A DNA stretch of 61,737 nt, the filler included. It is 8 parts of 8 records of this genome, joined end to end, with 100 filler letters (N's around TTAATTAATTAA, not from the genome) between each part and the next. Parts side by side here need not be neighbours in the genome. Positions count along the whole stretch, not along the records: positions 6,801 to 11,890 come from SRR31147125_82157; positions 11,991 to 20,733 come from SRR31147125_82234; 6 more parts are not named here. One strand, given 5' to 3'. Position numbers and translations under genes: made by a program. Every line of letters begins with the position of its first letter. Positions within the stretch are counted from its first letter, which is position 1. The notes under the pieces were generated by a model that worked only from the letters and a program-made list of their open reading frames with translations, had not been told where the DNA came from and ran no database searches. Below, one piece after another: positions 9,801 to 20,833 of this stretch.

Positions 9801-11890
9801 CTACTGCAACCTTTCCGCCATAAGCCCCTCCGATAGCGACTAGATAATTGCGGTTATTCTGTTCTGCATAGATATCAACTCCAGCATCTTTAGTCAGCAC
9901 TCTCTCAGTAGCAGGGCTTGTAGATTCAACATGTGTTCCTGTAGCAAAGGTAATTTTATCAGCAGCATCGCCTCCAACAGTTATAGATGATGTCTGTGCT
10001 GCAAGCGACGCCACATCTGAGTAATGTGTAAGAACGAGAGCAGATGCCCCAACCCCAGCCTTACTGCCAACCTCACCCATACCTGCAAATAATATAACAG
10101 GATAATCAGTAAAGGCTGTCTGTGAAAAATTACCATTTGTAGCAGTAACAACCGCATTCTCACCAACACTGGTAAATGCACGATTACGTAATGCCTGAAC
10201 AACAGCAGATCCCTGCATATTCAACTCACCACCAATACCCATACTCACAGTACCAGCTGTAAGCAGACTGTTCTCCTTGGCATTGATAGCTATATTTCCA
10301 TTCTTGGATTCAACAGCAGTATTGTTAGAATTCTGAATTGTGCCAGCACTCCCTATTGCCTGCACAGGCTCCCCTTGCAATCCTGCATAGACATCAGAAT
10401 CAACAGCAGCTATAGAAATCCCAAGACCGACTCCTGCTTTTGCTGAGCCTGTACCAATACCGACTGCTCCCTGCACCATAACCTGCTTACGTGCTGTAAC
10501 AGCATTAATATAAATATTGTTTTCCGCAAGTAAACTGCTCCCATTTGTTGCGTATGCATAACTCTTAGAACTCAACCCCAGCACATCAACATTTCCGGCA
10601 ACATTTACAATTCCACCTGTATTGACAGAAAGGTTTGCAGCAGCTGTTGCAAAGATATCATTACGTATGGAATTGATATTTATACTACCAGTATTTGACT
10701 TGAGTATTGAAGCATCAGCATAAGCCCTGCTCATGATATTGCCATTTACAATATTTGCGTTCCCTGCAACTCCATTAGAAGTACTCTTGGCAAAACCGCC
10801 TGTAACACCTACCTCTCTGGTCTTTGCATCCGCAATTATATTAATCATTTTCTCAGCAGTAATATTTGCATCTTTAACATAGGCTTTAGTATCATCTTGA
10901 AATACACTAATGTTTACTTCACCTGAAACATTAAGCCCGAATTTTGACCCTTTTCCTATACTTGAAGAATGTTCATCTATTCCTGGTGCTGGAGGTACAG
11001 GTATTGTTGAGGTCTGTGTAGTAGTGCTTCCCTCTACAGCACTTGAAAGATCACTTGCCGGAGAAGTAAAAGTTGTTGAACCGCTCGCACTACCTTGCTG
11101 GAAAGAACCTGAAATTGCAATAGAAAGGTTGTTGATATTGGAATTACTAGAAATATTTACATTGCCAGCTGAATGAATAGCTTTCTTTGCTGCTACTGCA
11201 GGAGAAGGATCTCCTTCTTTCGTTCCTATAACAGCAGTTGTCTTGTTGTTAATAGTATTTACAGCCGCCGACAGCCCAACTCCTAAATTTGCCCCCTTCA
11301 GAATACCACCTGTAATATTCAGGTTGTTGACTTCATTGCTTGCCAGCACATTGACATCCTTAGCACTGTTTACTTCTACTGTAGAGTCTACCTGTGATAA
11401 GGCATCATTATCATACACCGCAAAATTTCCACCCCCATTGATAGAGAATGTTGAGTCAGCGCCAGATTTCTGTCCGGCATAAACCATACCAAAACGATTC
11501 TGAGTATTACTTGATGTCACATTGACATCACCAGATACTGTGGTGATTTTTGCCCCATTATCAATTATGGCTGCAGCAGTAGAATTATACTTCTGATATT
11601 GAAATGTCCCTCCAGCGACACTCCCCTGTCCCTGAGTCACTCCAGCAGCAATTATTGAACTTGCACTCCAGATGCCAGCCATATCAATACTTGCAGCACT
11701 GGTCTTAGCATCGACATTAATACTCGCGGCTGATATTGTTCCACCTGATATCTTTGCTGTTGCAGTATTGGTCAGGTTCTGTACCCCAGCATTGAAGCTT
11801 GCTCCTACCGCACTCTGTGTACTGCTTCCAGCTGAAGACTGTACATAATTATTAAAGACAATCCCACTCAACCCCAGATCACCAGCCATA
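6801..11890 (-). CDS. internal fragment of a giant beta-helical secreted protein (leukotoxin LktA-family / filamentous adhesin-like), open at both ends
   Basis: About 1,700 uninterrupted codons covering the whole contig; G/A/S/T/V/N-rich, Cys-free, recurring 'A.I..GA.I.A.GDV.V.A' and 'AGVGxxVxVN' patterns. Confidence 0.7.
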
Positions 11891-11990
11891 NNNNNNNNNN
11901 NNNNNNNNNNNNNNNNNNNNNNNNNNNNNNNNNNTTAATTAATTAANNNNNNNNNNNNNNNNNNNNNNNNNNNNNNNNNNNNNNNNNNNN

Positions 11991-12303
11991 AAAATCCAAC
12001 AACCCCTTTCTTTTCATTGCGCTCCACCATTTCCTCTCTAACGACAAAGCCTCTCTCTCCTGCCATTGCCGCCTTCAAACATGGGGTTTTATGGGCACAA
12101 AGGTACATACAGTCGTCCGGGGTTTCCCGTAACCCGCGGCTTCCCAAGGGAAAAACCTTTTCCAGATCTCCAAAGCAGTCCGGACAGTAGAGCCCGTTCA
12201 GGCGTCGGGTTCCATCCGTATCCACATAGAGGGTATCTTTTGGATAGGTTTTACTTTCTTCCCGTTCCTGTGTTCTTTTTTCTTTCCCCGTAGACATTGA
12301 CAT
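11991..12303 (-). CDS. small Cys-rich hypothetical protein, C-terminus truncated
   Basis: ATG overlaps the radC stop (TAATG); CPDCFG...CMYLCAHKTPC. Confidence 0.65.
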
Positions 12304-13034
12304 TACTTTTCTTTATCCATCAATTCAAAGGCCGTATTAAACTCGGAGATATAGCCCTGATCGGCAAAACTGTAAAATCCGCTATCTCCGGTGATCACAT
12401 GCTCGTGGACCGTGATGCCCACATGACGACAGGCAAACAGTAAGCGTTTGGTGATGGCAATATCTTCCGGAGAAGGCGTGTAGTCGCCGGAGGGGTGGTT
12501 GTGAGCAAAAATAACCGCTGCGGCGCGATGCTCCAATGCCTTGATAATCACCTCTCTGGGATAGACGGAGCTCATGGTCAATGTTCCTTCGAAAAGAATT
12601 TCAAGTGCATTGACCCGATTTTTAGCATCCAGAAATACACCGGCAAACACTTCCCGATGTCGCCGGCCGATGGCATGATCGAGATATGCCATCAACTCTT
12701 TGGAATTACTCACCACATCTTTATCGATAATCCGTGTGGCAAGGTAGCGTTCCGCCACCTCTTTGATCAACTTGATTCCCAAAATATTGGTCGGACCAAC
12801 GCCTTTGATCCTGGAAAGCTCTTCCGGGTTGGCTTCAAATACCCCTTGGAGTGTTTTGAAGCTTTTCATCAGTGCCTTGGCACTCTCCTTACAATCCCGC
12901 CGAGGGGTATTCAGGGTCAAAAGAAGCTCTATCACCTCATAATCTAAAAATCCGGCAATGCCATTTTGAAGGAACTTCTCCCGAAGGCGTTTTCTATGCC
13001 CTTCCCCTCTATGTTTTTTCTCATTCGTCGTCAT
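12303..13034 (-). CDS. radC: RadC family JAB-domain protein
   Basis: GHRKRLRE N-terminus, HhH (IKGVGP), VYPREV, JAB motif HNHPSG..SPEDI..HEH; start reassigned to MTTNEKK at 13034. Confidence 0.9.
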   Translation of the reverse strand: MTTNEKKHRGEGHRKRLREKFLQNGIAGFLDYEVIELLLTLNTPRRDCKESAKALMKSFKTLQGVFEANPEELSRIKGVGPTNILGIKLIKEVAERYLATRIIDKDVVSNSKELMAYLDHAIGRRHREVFAGVFLDAKNRVNALEILFEGTLTMSSVYPREVIIKALEHRAAAVIFAHNHPSGDYTPSPEDIAITKRLLFACRHVGITVHEHVITGDSGFYSFADQGYISEFNTAFELMDKEK

Positions 13035-15671
13035 CGCCCGGGTCCGATTCATCTTCCGGCAACGAAGGGGGCATTTCCCCAATGTCATCGTCTTCAAATG
13101 CATCTTTATCGCCAATCGCTTCGGAAGTGTCGGCGGGTATATCCAACGGTGATAAGGAGGAATCCGGTAGCGGCTCTGCATGGCTCAGCTGGGGCTCTGC
13201 GTCTTTAGTCTCCGCTGCTTCTTCGGTCTCAGTTTCGTCAACGTCTTTATTTTCATCCTCCGGAAGTCTTGCAACGGCAATGAGTTTTTCATCTTGGGAG
13301 AGATTGATCAATCGAACCCCTTGGGTATTTCTACTGATGGTGGAAATACTCTCTACCGGAATTCGAATCAATTTTCCTTTATCCGTCACCAGCATCAACT
13401 CATCGGTGTCTTCCAGAAGCAGCAAAGAGACCATCATACCGTTGCGTTGAGAGGTTCTGATGGAGAAAACCCCTTTACCGCCACGGGTCTGGGCACGATA
13501 CTCGTCAAGTTTGGTGCGCTTGCCGTATCCGTTCTCGGTGACCGTCAGCAGGGTCTGACCATGACTCAGCACCTCCATACCTACAACCTGTCCCCCGCCA
13601 TCGATGCGCATGCCTTTAACGCCCATGGCACCTCTGGCCATTGCCCGAACGTCCTCTTCATGGAATCGAATCACCTTTCCGGCCTTGGAACCTAAAAAAA
13701 CATCCATGGTTCCGTCACTGATTCGAGCGGAAATCAGCTCATCTCCTTCCGCTAATTTGATTCCAATGAGCCCACCGGAACGGGGTCTGGAGTAGGCCAT
13801 GAGATCGGTCTTTTTGATACGCCCCTGTTTGGTAGCCATCAACACGTATTTTCCCTCTTCAAATTGAGGGACCGTCAACACCGTTGCCAGCTGCTCTTCG
13901 GGTTCAAAGTTGAGCAGATTCACAATGGCTTTGCCCACACTGGATCGACCGGCCATGGGAAGTTCATATACTTTTGCCTGATAGACTTTACCCATATTGG
14001 TGATGAAAAGGAAGGTGTGATGGGAAGAAGCCACAAACAGATGCTCGACAAAGTCATCTTCCTTGGTCCCCATGGCCATCTTACCCTTCCCCCCCGATGT
14101 TGACTGGCATAGAGGGAGGCCGGATTTCGTTTGATATACCCACTGCTGGAGACGGTGACCACCATGTCCTCTTCAGCAATGAGATCTTCGATCTGAATCT
14201 GACCGGCATCTTCAACAATTTGGGTTCGACGCGCATCAGCATACTCGCTCTTCAACTCGGTCATCTCATCTTTGATAATCCCTTTGACCACCTCTTCGCT
14301 TGAGAGAATCTCTTTGTACCAGGCAATGTCCTTTAACAGCGCCGCATACTCTTCATTGATTTTTTCTCTCTCCAGACCGGTGAGACGCTGCAATCGCATT
14401 TCCAAAATCGCCTGGGCCTGCACTTCTGAAAAATCAAATGTTGAAATCAGTCCTGATTTGGCCTCATCCGGAGAGTTGGAGGCACGAATTAACGCCACCA
14501 CTTCGTCAAGATGATCCAACGCTTTTTTCAACCCTTCAAGGATATGGGCCCGCTCTTGTGCTTTTTTCAGGTCAAACAGGGTCCGTCGAACAATCACCTC
14601 TTTTCGATGCTCGATAAAATGTTCCAGAATCTCCTTGATGGTGAAAAGCTGAGGCCGTTTATTCACAACCGCAAGAAAGATAATTCCAAAACCGGTCTGC
14701 ATGTAGGTGTGTTTGTAGAGCTGATTAATCACCACATCGGCAATTTGATCCCGCTTCAGGCCAATGGCAATGCGCATTCCGTGTCGATCGGACTCATCCC
14801 GGACAAATGAGGCTCCCTCGATCACCTTTGCTCTCATCAGCGCATCAATTTTTTCCACCAAGCGCGCTTTGTTGACCTGATAGGGAAGCTCCGTGACCAC
14901 AATGGTCTCTCTTTTGGTTTTGCTGTTCTCCTCCACCTCAATTTTTGCCCGAAGCGTAATCACGCCCCGGCCGGTGGCATAGGCATCATAAATTCCTTTT
15001 TTTCCATGAATAATCCCATGGGTAGGAAAGTCCGGTCCCGGAATGTGCTGCATAATTTCGGGGATATCCATATCGGGAGTGTCCAGCAAAGCGATCATGG
15101 CATCACACACTTCCCCGATATTATGGGGGGGAATGTTGGTGGTCATTCCCACGGCGATACCGGAAGACCCATTGACAAGAAGGGCCGGAAATTTGGTCGG
15201 CAGCACCGACGGCTCTTCGATGGTCTCATCGTAGTTGGGGATCCAATCCACCGTATCCTTTTCAAGATCTGCGAGCATCTGGTGGGAGAGTTTCCGCATT
15301 CGGATCTCGGTATAACGCATGGCTGCCGGGGAATCCCCATCCACCGAGCCGAAGTTGCCCTGTCCGTCGACCAGGGTATACCGCAATGAGAAATCCTGGG
15401 CCATGCGTACAATGGTATCGTATACGGCCGAATCCCCATGGGGATGATACTTACCGATAACATCACCCACCACACGGGCCGATTTTTTGTAAGGCTTGTT
15501 CCAGTCGTTTTTCAACTGGCGCATGGCAAAAAGTACACGACGGTGTACCGGTTTCAATCCATCCCGAACATCAGGCAAGGCTCTGCCGATAATGACACTC
15601 ATGGCGTATTCGAGATAGGACTGCTTCATCTCCTTCTCGATACTGGTTACATGATCATCTTTTTCTATCAT
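13021..15671 (-). CDS. gyrA: DNA gyrase subunit A, split by a 1-nt deletion at the C7 run 14089-14095; long acidic C-terminal tail
   Basis: [25 protein letters not shown], catalytic AAMRYTE; adding one G restores the GyrA-box QHRGGKG and joins ORFs 13920..15671 and 13021..14079. Confidence 0.96.
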
Positions 15672-15808
15672 TCACTTTCCTCTTTCACAGTCGGGGAGCC
15701 TATCGCTACCAGGGCTGTTATTGAGACGCTTTTTAGCCGAAAAAACCGGGTACCCTCTTCCGGGGGCCCCGGTTCTTAAAACTCCAAACACCATCAGGCT
15801 ATTTCAGA

Positions 15809-15964
15809 CTATCTGCTGATGCACCCCAATGCCGCTAACAGAAGAAGGATCTCATAAATGATCACTTGAGTATAACTTCCAAAAAAATGATACACAATGC
15901 CACCCCCGATAATGGCCGGCATGGCGGTAAAAACCAAAATTGCAAGCTTTCTGCTGACATCCAT
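15809..15964 (-). CDS. 51-aa two-helix small membrane protein (not in the ORF track)
   Basis: Manual translation: MDVSRKLAILVFTAMPAIIGGGIVYHFFGSYTQVIIYEILLLLAALGCISR*; AGGGTG upstream. Confidence 0.6.
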   Translation of the reverse strand: MDVSRKLAILVFTAMPAIIGGGIVYHFFGSYTQVIIYEILLLLAALGCISR

Positions 15965-16256
15965 ATTTTTCACCCTGTTTGTTGGGGGGCGTCACCCCCG
16001 ATGTGTTAATAATTTCTTCGAAATCAACACTAACTAGTAGCATCAGATCTCCTTCAAGTAAAGAAAAAACCGACGAAAATTAACGCCTAACAGGTAGAAT
16101 TCTAAGATATTTTTCTATACAATATCAGATCAGGCAGTCGATCATCTTCTATTTAGGCAAATGATCTTTAATAATTTGCCCATTTCGGAACAGGGTATAA
16201 GCAGAACAATTCCTTCAGCCGTATGATAAATAGGAAAGTTATTTCAGACGTTTTCC

Positions 16257-17542
16257 TCAACGTTCGATCACCATTGCCATTCCCATTCCCCCACCGATAC
16301 ACATGGAAATCAATCCGGTGGCGTAATTTTTTCGTTTCATTTGATGAATGGCGGTTACCATCTGGCGGGCCCCGGTACAGCCAATGGGATGTCCCAGTGA
16401 AATACCGCTTCCCAACTCATTGGGTTTCTCAACATCAATGCCGAGCTCACGCATACAGCCGATGGCCTGGGCGGCAAATGCTTCATTGAGCTCAATCAAT
16501 TCGATATCGCCAATGGTCATATCGGCTTTTTTAAGTGCCGTGTTGACGGCAGGGACAGGCCCAAGCCCCATGTAAGCCGGATCCAAACCGCCGGATGCAT
16601 AGGTTTTGATCCTGGCAAGCTTCTCCAGCCCAAGTTCATCGGCTTTCTCTTCGGTCATGAGTAAGACGGCGGCAGCCCCGTCGTTGATGCCGGAGGCGTT
16701 ACCGGCGGTGACGCTCCCCTCTTTCTTAAATGCAGGTCTAAGTTTGGCCAGCTTTTCAAGACTGGTCTCCATAGGACGCTCATCACTATCCACCACAATC
16801 TCTTTTTTCTTGACTTTATGGTGATGGGCTCGATTTCCTGGGCAAAGGTTCCATCATGGACTGCAGCAAAGGCGCGGGTATGGCTAAGTAGTGCCAACTC
16901 ATCCTGCTCCTGTCGAGTGATGCCGTATTTTTCAACAATGTTTTCTGCCGTAAGCCCCATGTGGTATCCGTAGAAAATCTCATAAAGACCGTCATACACC
17001 ATGAGATCGTGAACATCTCCGACACCGGTAAGCTCCATTCTGTGGCCCCATCTGGCATTCAACAGCGCCATGGGAGCATTACTCATACTCTCCTGTCCTC
17101 CGGCAAGAATCACATCCGCATCTCCGGCTTTGATGGCTTGTGCTGCCAAGGCAATGGCTTTGAGACCGGACCCGCATATTTTATTGATAGTGAACGCGGT
17201 GGTATATCTTGGAATGCCGGCTGCAATCATTGCCTGACGTGCTGTATTCTGTCCTTGACCTGCCTGAAGAACATTGCCCATGATGACTTCATCGATCTGC
17301 ACCGGAGTGAGACTCTCATCATAATCATACCCCCTCTTTTCAAGATCGATCATGCCTTGATCTTTTAAAGCCTCGGGACCGGCTGCCTGAACGGAGTCGT
17401 CCACCACCGGTCTCAGTCCCGCTTTTTTGAGTACACTTTTCATGACCGTTGTTCCAAGCTCTACTACGGGGACGCTTTTCAATACGCCGCCAAATGATCC
17501 CACAGCTGTTCTTGATCCACTAACGATGACCACATTTCTCAT
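16257..17542 (-). CDS. acetyl-CoA C-acetyltransferase (thiolase), 1-nt deletion at the T6 run 16803-16808
   Basis: NKICGSG catalytic Cys, NEAFA, GHPIG, CIGGG; adding one A gives [16 protein letters not shown] and joins the two ORFs. Confidence 0.93.
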
Positions 17543-17642
17543 TGTTCATGCCTCCAGGTTGTAAGTTAGTTTCAAAATGCAACATAATTTATACAGATTA
17601 ACTGCACATATCAAAATCGCTAGTATCCATCAAGATTTTAGA

Positions 17643-19103
17643 TTATCTCTCCCATTCAGAATCATCATGACTTTCAAAAGATGAATGACTCACTTTTTTT
17701 AGATCATGCCACTGTTTCAATCGTTGTCCAACACTTTTTTCATATCCTCTATCCATGGGGGTATAAAACCGACGACCTTGAAGTGTTGACGGAAGGTATT
17801 CCTGAAAAATGTAAGCGTCTTTATATTCATGGGCATATTTATATCCATTCCCATAGCCCATTTGTTGCATCATTTTAGTTGGTGCATTTCGAATATGCAT
17901 GGGAACCGGTAAATATCCGCTCTTCTCAATTTCATGTCGAACAGATTTACCGGCTTTATATACACTGTTACTTTTTGGTGCAGTGGCTAAATAGACCGCC
18001 GCCTGAGCAATGGCATCATCACCTTCAGGGTGTCCTAAAAATCGAAAGGACTCAAGCGCATTTAACGCCGCTGTCAAGGCGCCGGGATCTGCCATACCAA
18101 CATCTTCAGTGGCAAATCGAACCATTCTTCGTAGGATATAATATGGATCCTCACCTGCCATTAACATCCGATAAAGCCAGTAAAGTGCAGCATCCGGATC
18201 ACTACCCCGCAGACTTTTATGAAACGCCGATATTATATTGTAGTGCTCTTCGCCGGATTTATCGTATCTAAGGGCTTTTTTCTGAAGAGACTGTTCAACA
18301 TCTGCGACATCTATGGTTTGAAAAGGATCTTTCTCATTTCCCGAGGAACTTTCCATCCCCTTCGATTTTTTTTTGATTTTCGTTTTGCCGTTATCAAAAA
18401 AATGATGGGGGGACTTTTGAGAGTTGACATAAACTGCAGCAGTTTCCAGATTAGTCAGTGCCATCCTGACATCACCATCTGCAAATGCCGACATCAAATC
18501 AAAGGCCGCCTCCGTGCAATTGAGCCCCATAAAGCCAAGCCCACGCGCCTTATCTTTCAAGGCGCGAATGAGGATCCGTTTGAGATCTTCATGTGCCAAT
18601 GGATTCAACGTAATAATACGACAACGTGATATCAATGCCGGAATTACTTCAAATGATGGATTTTCAGTCGTTGCTCCAACAAGGATAATGGTTCCTTTTT
18701 CCACGTGGGGAAGAAATCCATCCTGCTGCGCTTTATTGAATCTATGAATTTCATCCACAAACAGTATGGTACGCTTCTTATATAGCCGTTTTCGCTCTTT
18801 TGCCTGTGAAATAACCTCTCGAATCTCCTTGACCCCGGAAAGAACCGCAGATATTTCCGTGAAATGAGATTTCGTTTCGTTGGCAATGATATTGGCCAGT
18901 GTCGTTTTTCCACATCCGGGAGGCCCCCAGAGGATCATGGAAAACAATGTATCGTGAGATATTGCTCTTTTTAACAGAGTCCCCTCTCCCACAACATGAT
19001 TTTGACCGACAAGCTCATCAAGTGACGTCGGCCGCATGCGATGGGCAAGCGGTTGAAACATATCCACATCGTCTTGTTGGTGAACTTCAAAGATATCCAT
19101 CAC
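17643..19103 (-). CDS. rarA: replication-associated recombination protein A (RarA/MgsA)
   Basis: PLAHRMRP, GPPGCGKTT, DEIHRFNKAQQD, ATTENPSF, SAFHKSLRGSD, APKSN, GYKYAH. Confidence 0.95.
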   Translation of the reverse strand: MMDIFEVHQQDDVDMFQPLAHRMRPTSLDELVGQNHVVGEGTLLKRAISHDTLFSMILWGPPGCGKTTLANIIANETKSHFTEISAVLSGVKEIREVISQAKERKRLYKKRTILFVDEIHRFNKAQQDGFLPHVEKGTIILVGATTENPSFEVIPALISRCRIITLNPLAHEDLKRILIRALKDKARGLGFMGLNCTEAAFDLMSAFADGDVRMALTNLETAAVYVNSQKSPHHFFDNGKTKIKKKSKGMESSSGNEKDPFQTIDVADVEQSLQKKALRYDKSGEEHYNIISAFHKSLRGSDPDAALYWLYRMLMAGEDPYYILRRMVRFATEDVGMADPGALTAALNALESFRFLGHPEGDDAIAQAAVYLATAPKSNSVYKAGKSVRHEIEKSGYLPVPMHIRNAPTKMMQQMGYGNGYKYAHEYKDAYIFQEYLPSTLQGRRFYTPMDRGYEKSVGQRLKQWHDLKKVSHSSFESHDDSEWER

Positions 19104-20577
19104 TTACTGTTACCACTTTCACGAGCTCTCTTTTTACGTTGCTGGGCTTGTCGTTCTTTTTTCTCTTTATCTTTTTGCGCTCTTTTTTGTCTGCATACCT
19201 TATATTGGCCGCAGTGTTAGCAGGCTTATCGGAAAAGTCTATTTTTCCGGTACGTTCCCTGAAATATAAGTTAATAGGGGTCATTTCCAATTCCGCCATT
19301 TCACGTATTTGATTCAGCAGATATCGTTTATATGAAAAGTGAACCGCTTCCGGATAGTTTACAAAACAAACAATGGTAGGCGGTTTAACAGCCACCTGCG
19401 TGGCATAATAAAATTTAAGACGCTTCCCTTTATGTAAAGACGGTTCTGCCCGATACACGGCATCCTCGATGATCCTGTTCAGTAGCCCCGTATTGATTCG
19501 ATAGGCATACTCTTCATATATTTTTTCAACCATAGAAAAAATTTTGTGTGTTCGAAGGCCCGTCAAAGCAGAAATGGTCATTGCGGGAGCGTATGACAAA
19601 AATTTGGCCTTCATCCGAAGTTCATCAAAAAATTGTTTTTGATTTTTTTCATCTTTTTCAAGCAAATCCCATTTATTTAGTAGAAATAGTGCCCCGCATC
19701 CCCTATCTCTGGCATATCCGGCAATGGTAACATCTTGATCAGTAATGCCTTCAGATGCGTCAATGAGGATCAAGGTGACATCACATGTGTCAAGACTTTT
19801 CAAAGATTTTAGAATTGAATATTTCTCAATTTTTTCTTTTACTTTCCCTTTACGACGAATGCCTGCTGTATCAATCAGTCGAAAGCGTTGTCCCTGATGT
19901 TCAATTACAAGATTTACGGCATCCCTCGTGGTACCGGCATGTTCACTGACAACCAAGCGGTTTTCGCCAAAAAGCTTGTTGATTAATGATGATTTTCCCA
20001 CATTGGGCCTTCCGGCCACTGTAATGCAAATTTCATCCTGTTCCAGCTCGCGATCATCTGTCTCATCAGTATGGGTCAATTGCTGAGGTAAAGCGGCAAC
20101 CATATCGTTCATAAATTCAGGAAATCCGATGCCATGCTCTGCAGAGACAGGATATAATTGCTCAATCCCTAAAGTATAAAATTCCGACATTGCATCGCGT
20201 TGACGACTATCTTCAACTTTGTTTATCAAATAGAATACCGGTTTTTTACTTTTCCGAAGAATATCAGCCAAATCATGATCAAACGGAGAGAGCCCAGCTC
20301 TTCCATCCAGCACCAATATTAATAAATCTGCCTCGGCAACGGAGATCTCCACATGATGCCGGATTTCAGAAGCAAACCGGTCATCATCCGACAAAAGGAA
20401 CCCACCCGTGTCAATGAGAGTAAATGGGATATCTTTCCAGACGGTATCCGCATAATGTCGGTCCCTGGTAACCCCTGGAAAATCATCAACAAGCGCATCC
20501 CTGGAGCGGGTGATTCTATTAAAAAGGGTCGATTTTCCGACATTAGGACGGCCAACTATTGCAACTACCGGTTTCAT
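19087..20577 (-). CDS. der: ribosome biogenesis GTPase Der (EngA)
   Basis: Two GRPNVGKS P-loops, GVTRD/GTTRD, DTGG/DTAG, NKVE/NKWD, KH-like C-terminal domain. Confidence 0.96.
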   Translation of the reverse strand: MKPVVAIVGRPNVGKSTLFNRITRSRDALVDDFPGVTRDRHYADTVWKDIPFTLIDTGGFLLSDDDRFASEIRHHVEISVAEADLLILVLDGRAGLSPFDHDLADILRKSKKPVFYLINKVEDSRQRDAMSEFYTLGIEQLYPVSAEHGIGFPEFMNDMVAALPQQLTHTDETDDRELEQDEICITVAGRPNVGKSSLINKLFGENRLVVSEHAGTTRDAVNLVIEHQGQRFRLIDTAGIRRKGKVKEKIEKYSILKSLKSLDTCDVTLILIDASEGITDQDVTIAGYARDRGCGALFLLNKWDLLEKDEKNQKQFFDELRMKAKFLSYAPAMTISALTGLRTHKIFSMVEKIYEEYAYRINTGLLNRIIEDAVYRAEPSLHKGKRLKFYYATQVAVKPPTIVCFVNYPEAVHFSYKRYLLNQIREMAELEMTPINLYFRERTGKIDFSDKPANTAANIRYADKKERKKIKRKKNDKPSNVKRELVKVVTVSDGYL

Positions 20578-20678
20578 TATTTTATTTCCTATAGATCTAT
20601 GCAGTTTTGAAATAGTTCCAATTCGCTATGAATGAGTACTATTCATTATTGCTTGTAGGGTGTCAACAATTAGACAAC

Positions 20679-20722
20679 AAAAAAAGCCCGACTCATTGAA
20701 TTATTTCAATAAGTCGGGCTTT
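20679..20722 (-). terminator. intrinsic terminator-like hairpin
   Basis: AAAGCCCGACT-C-ATTGAA..TTCAAT-A-AGTCGGGCTTT preceded by an A-tract (U-tract on the minus strand). Confidence 0.6.
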
Positions 20723-20833
20723 ATATAAAAGATNNNNNNNNNNNNNNNNNNNNNNNNNNNNNNNNNNNNNNNNNNNNTTAATTAATTAANNNNNNNNNNN
20801 NNNNNNNNNNNNNNNNNNNNNNNNNNNNNNNNN

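Noticed and set aside
6801-11890. Linking the giant exoprotein to the spirochaete envelope genes or to neighbouring transporters
   Set aside because: Separated by artificial spacers; no evidence of physical linkage
13021-15671. Split gyrA as a pseudogene, two-subunit gyrase or programmed frameshift
   Set aside because: Essential gene repaired by one G in a homopolymer; the same error type recurs across unrelated contigs
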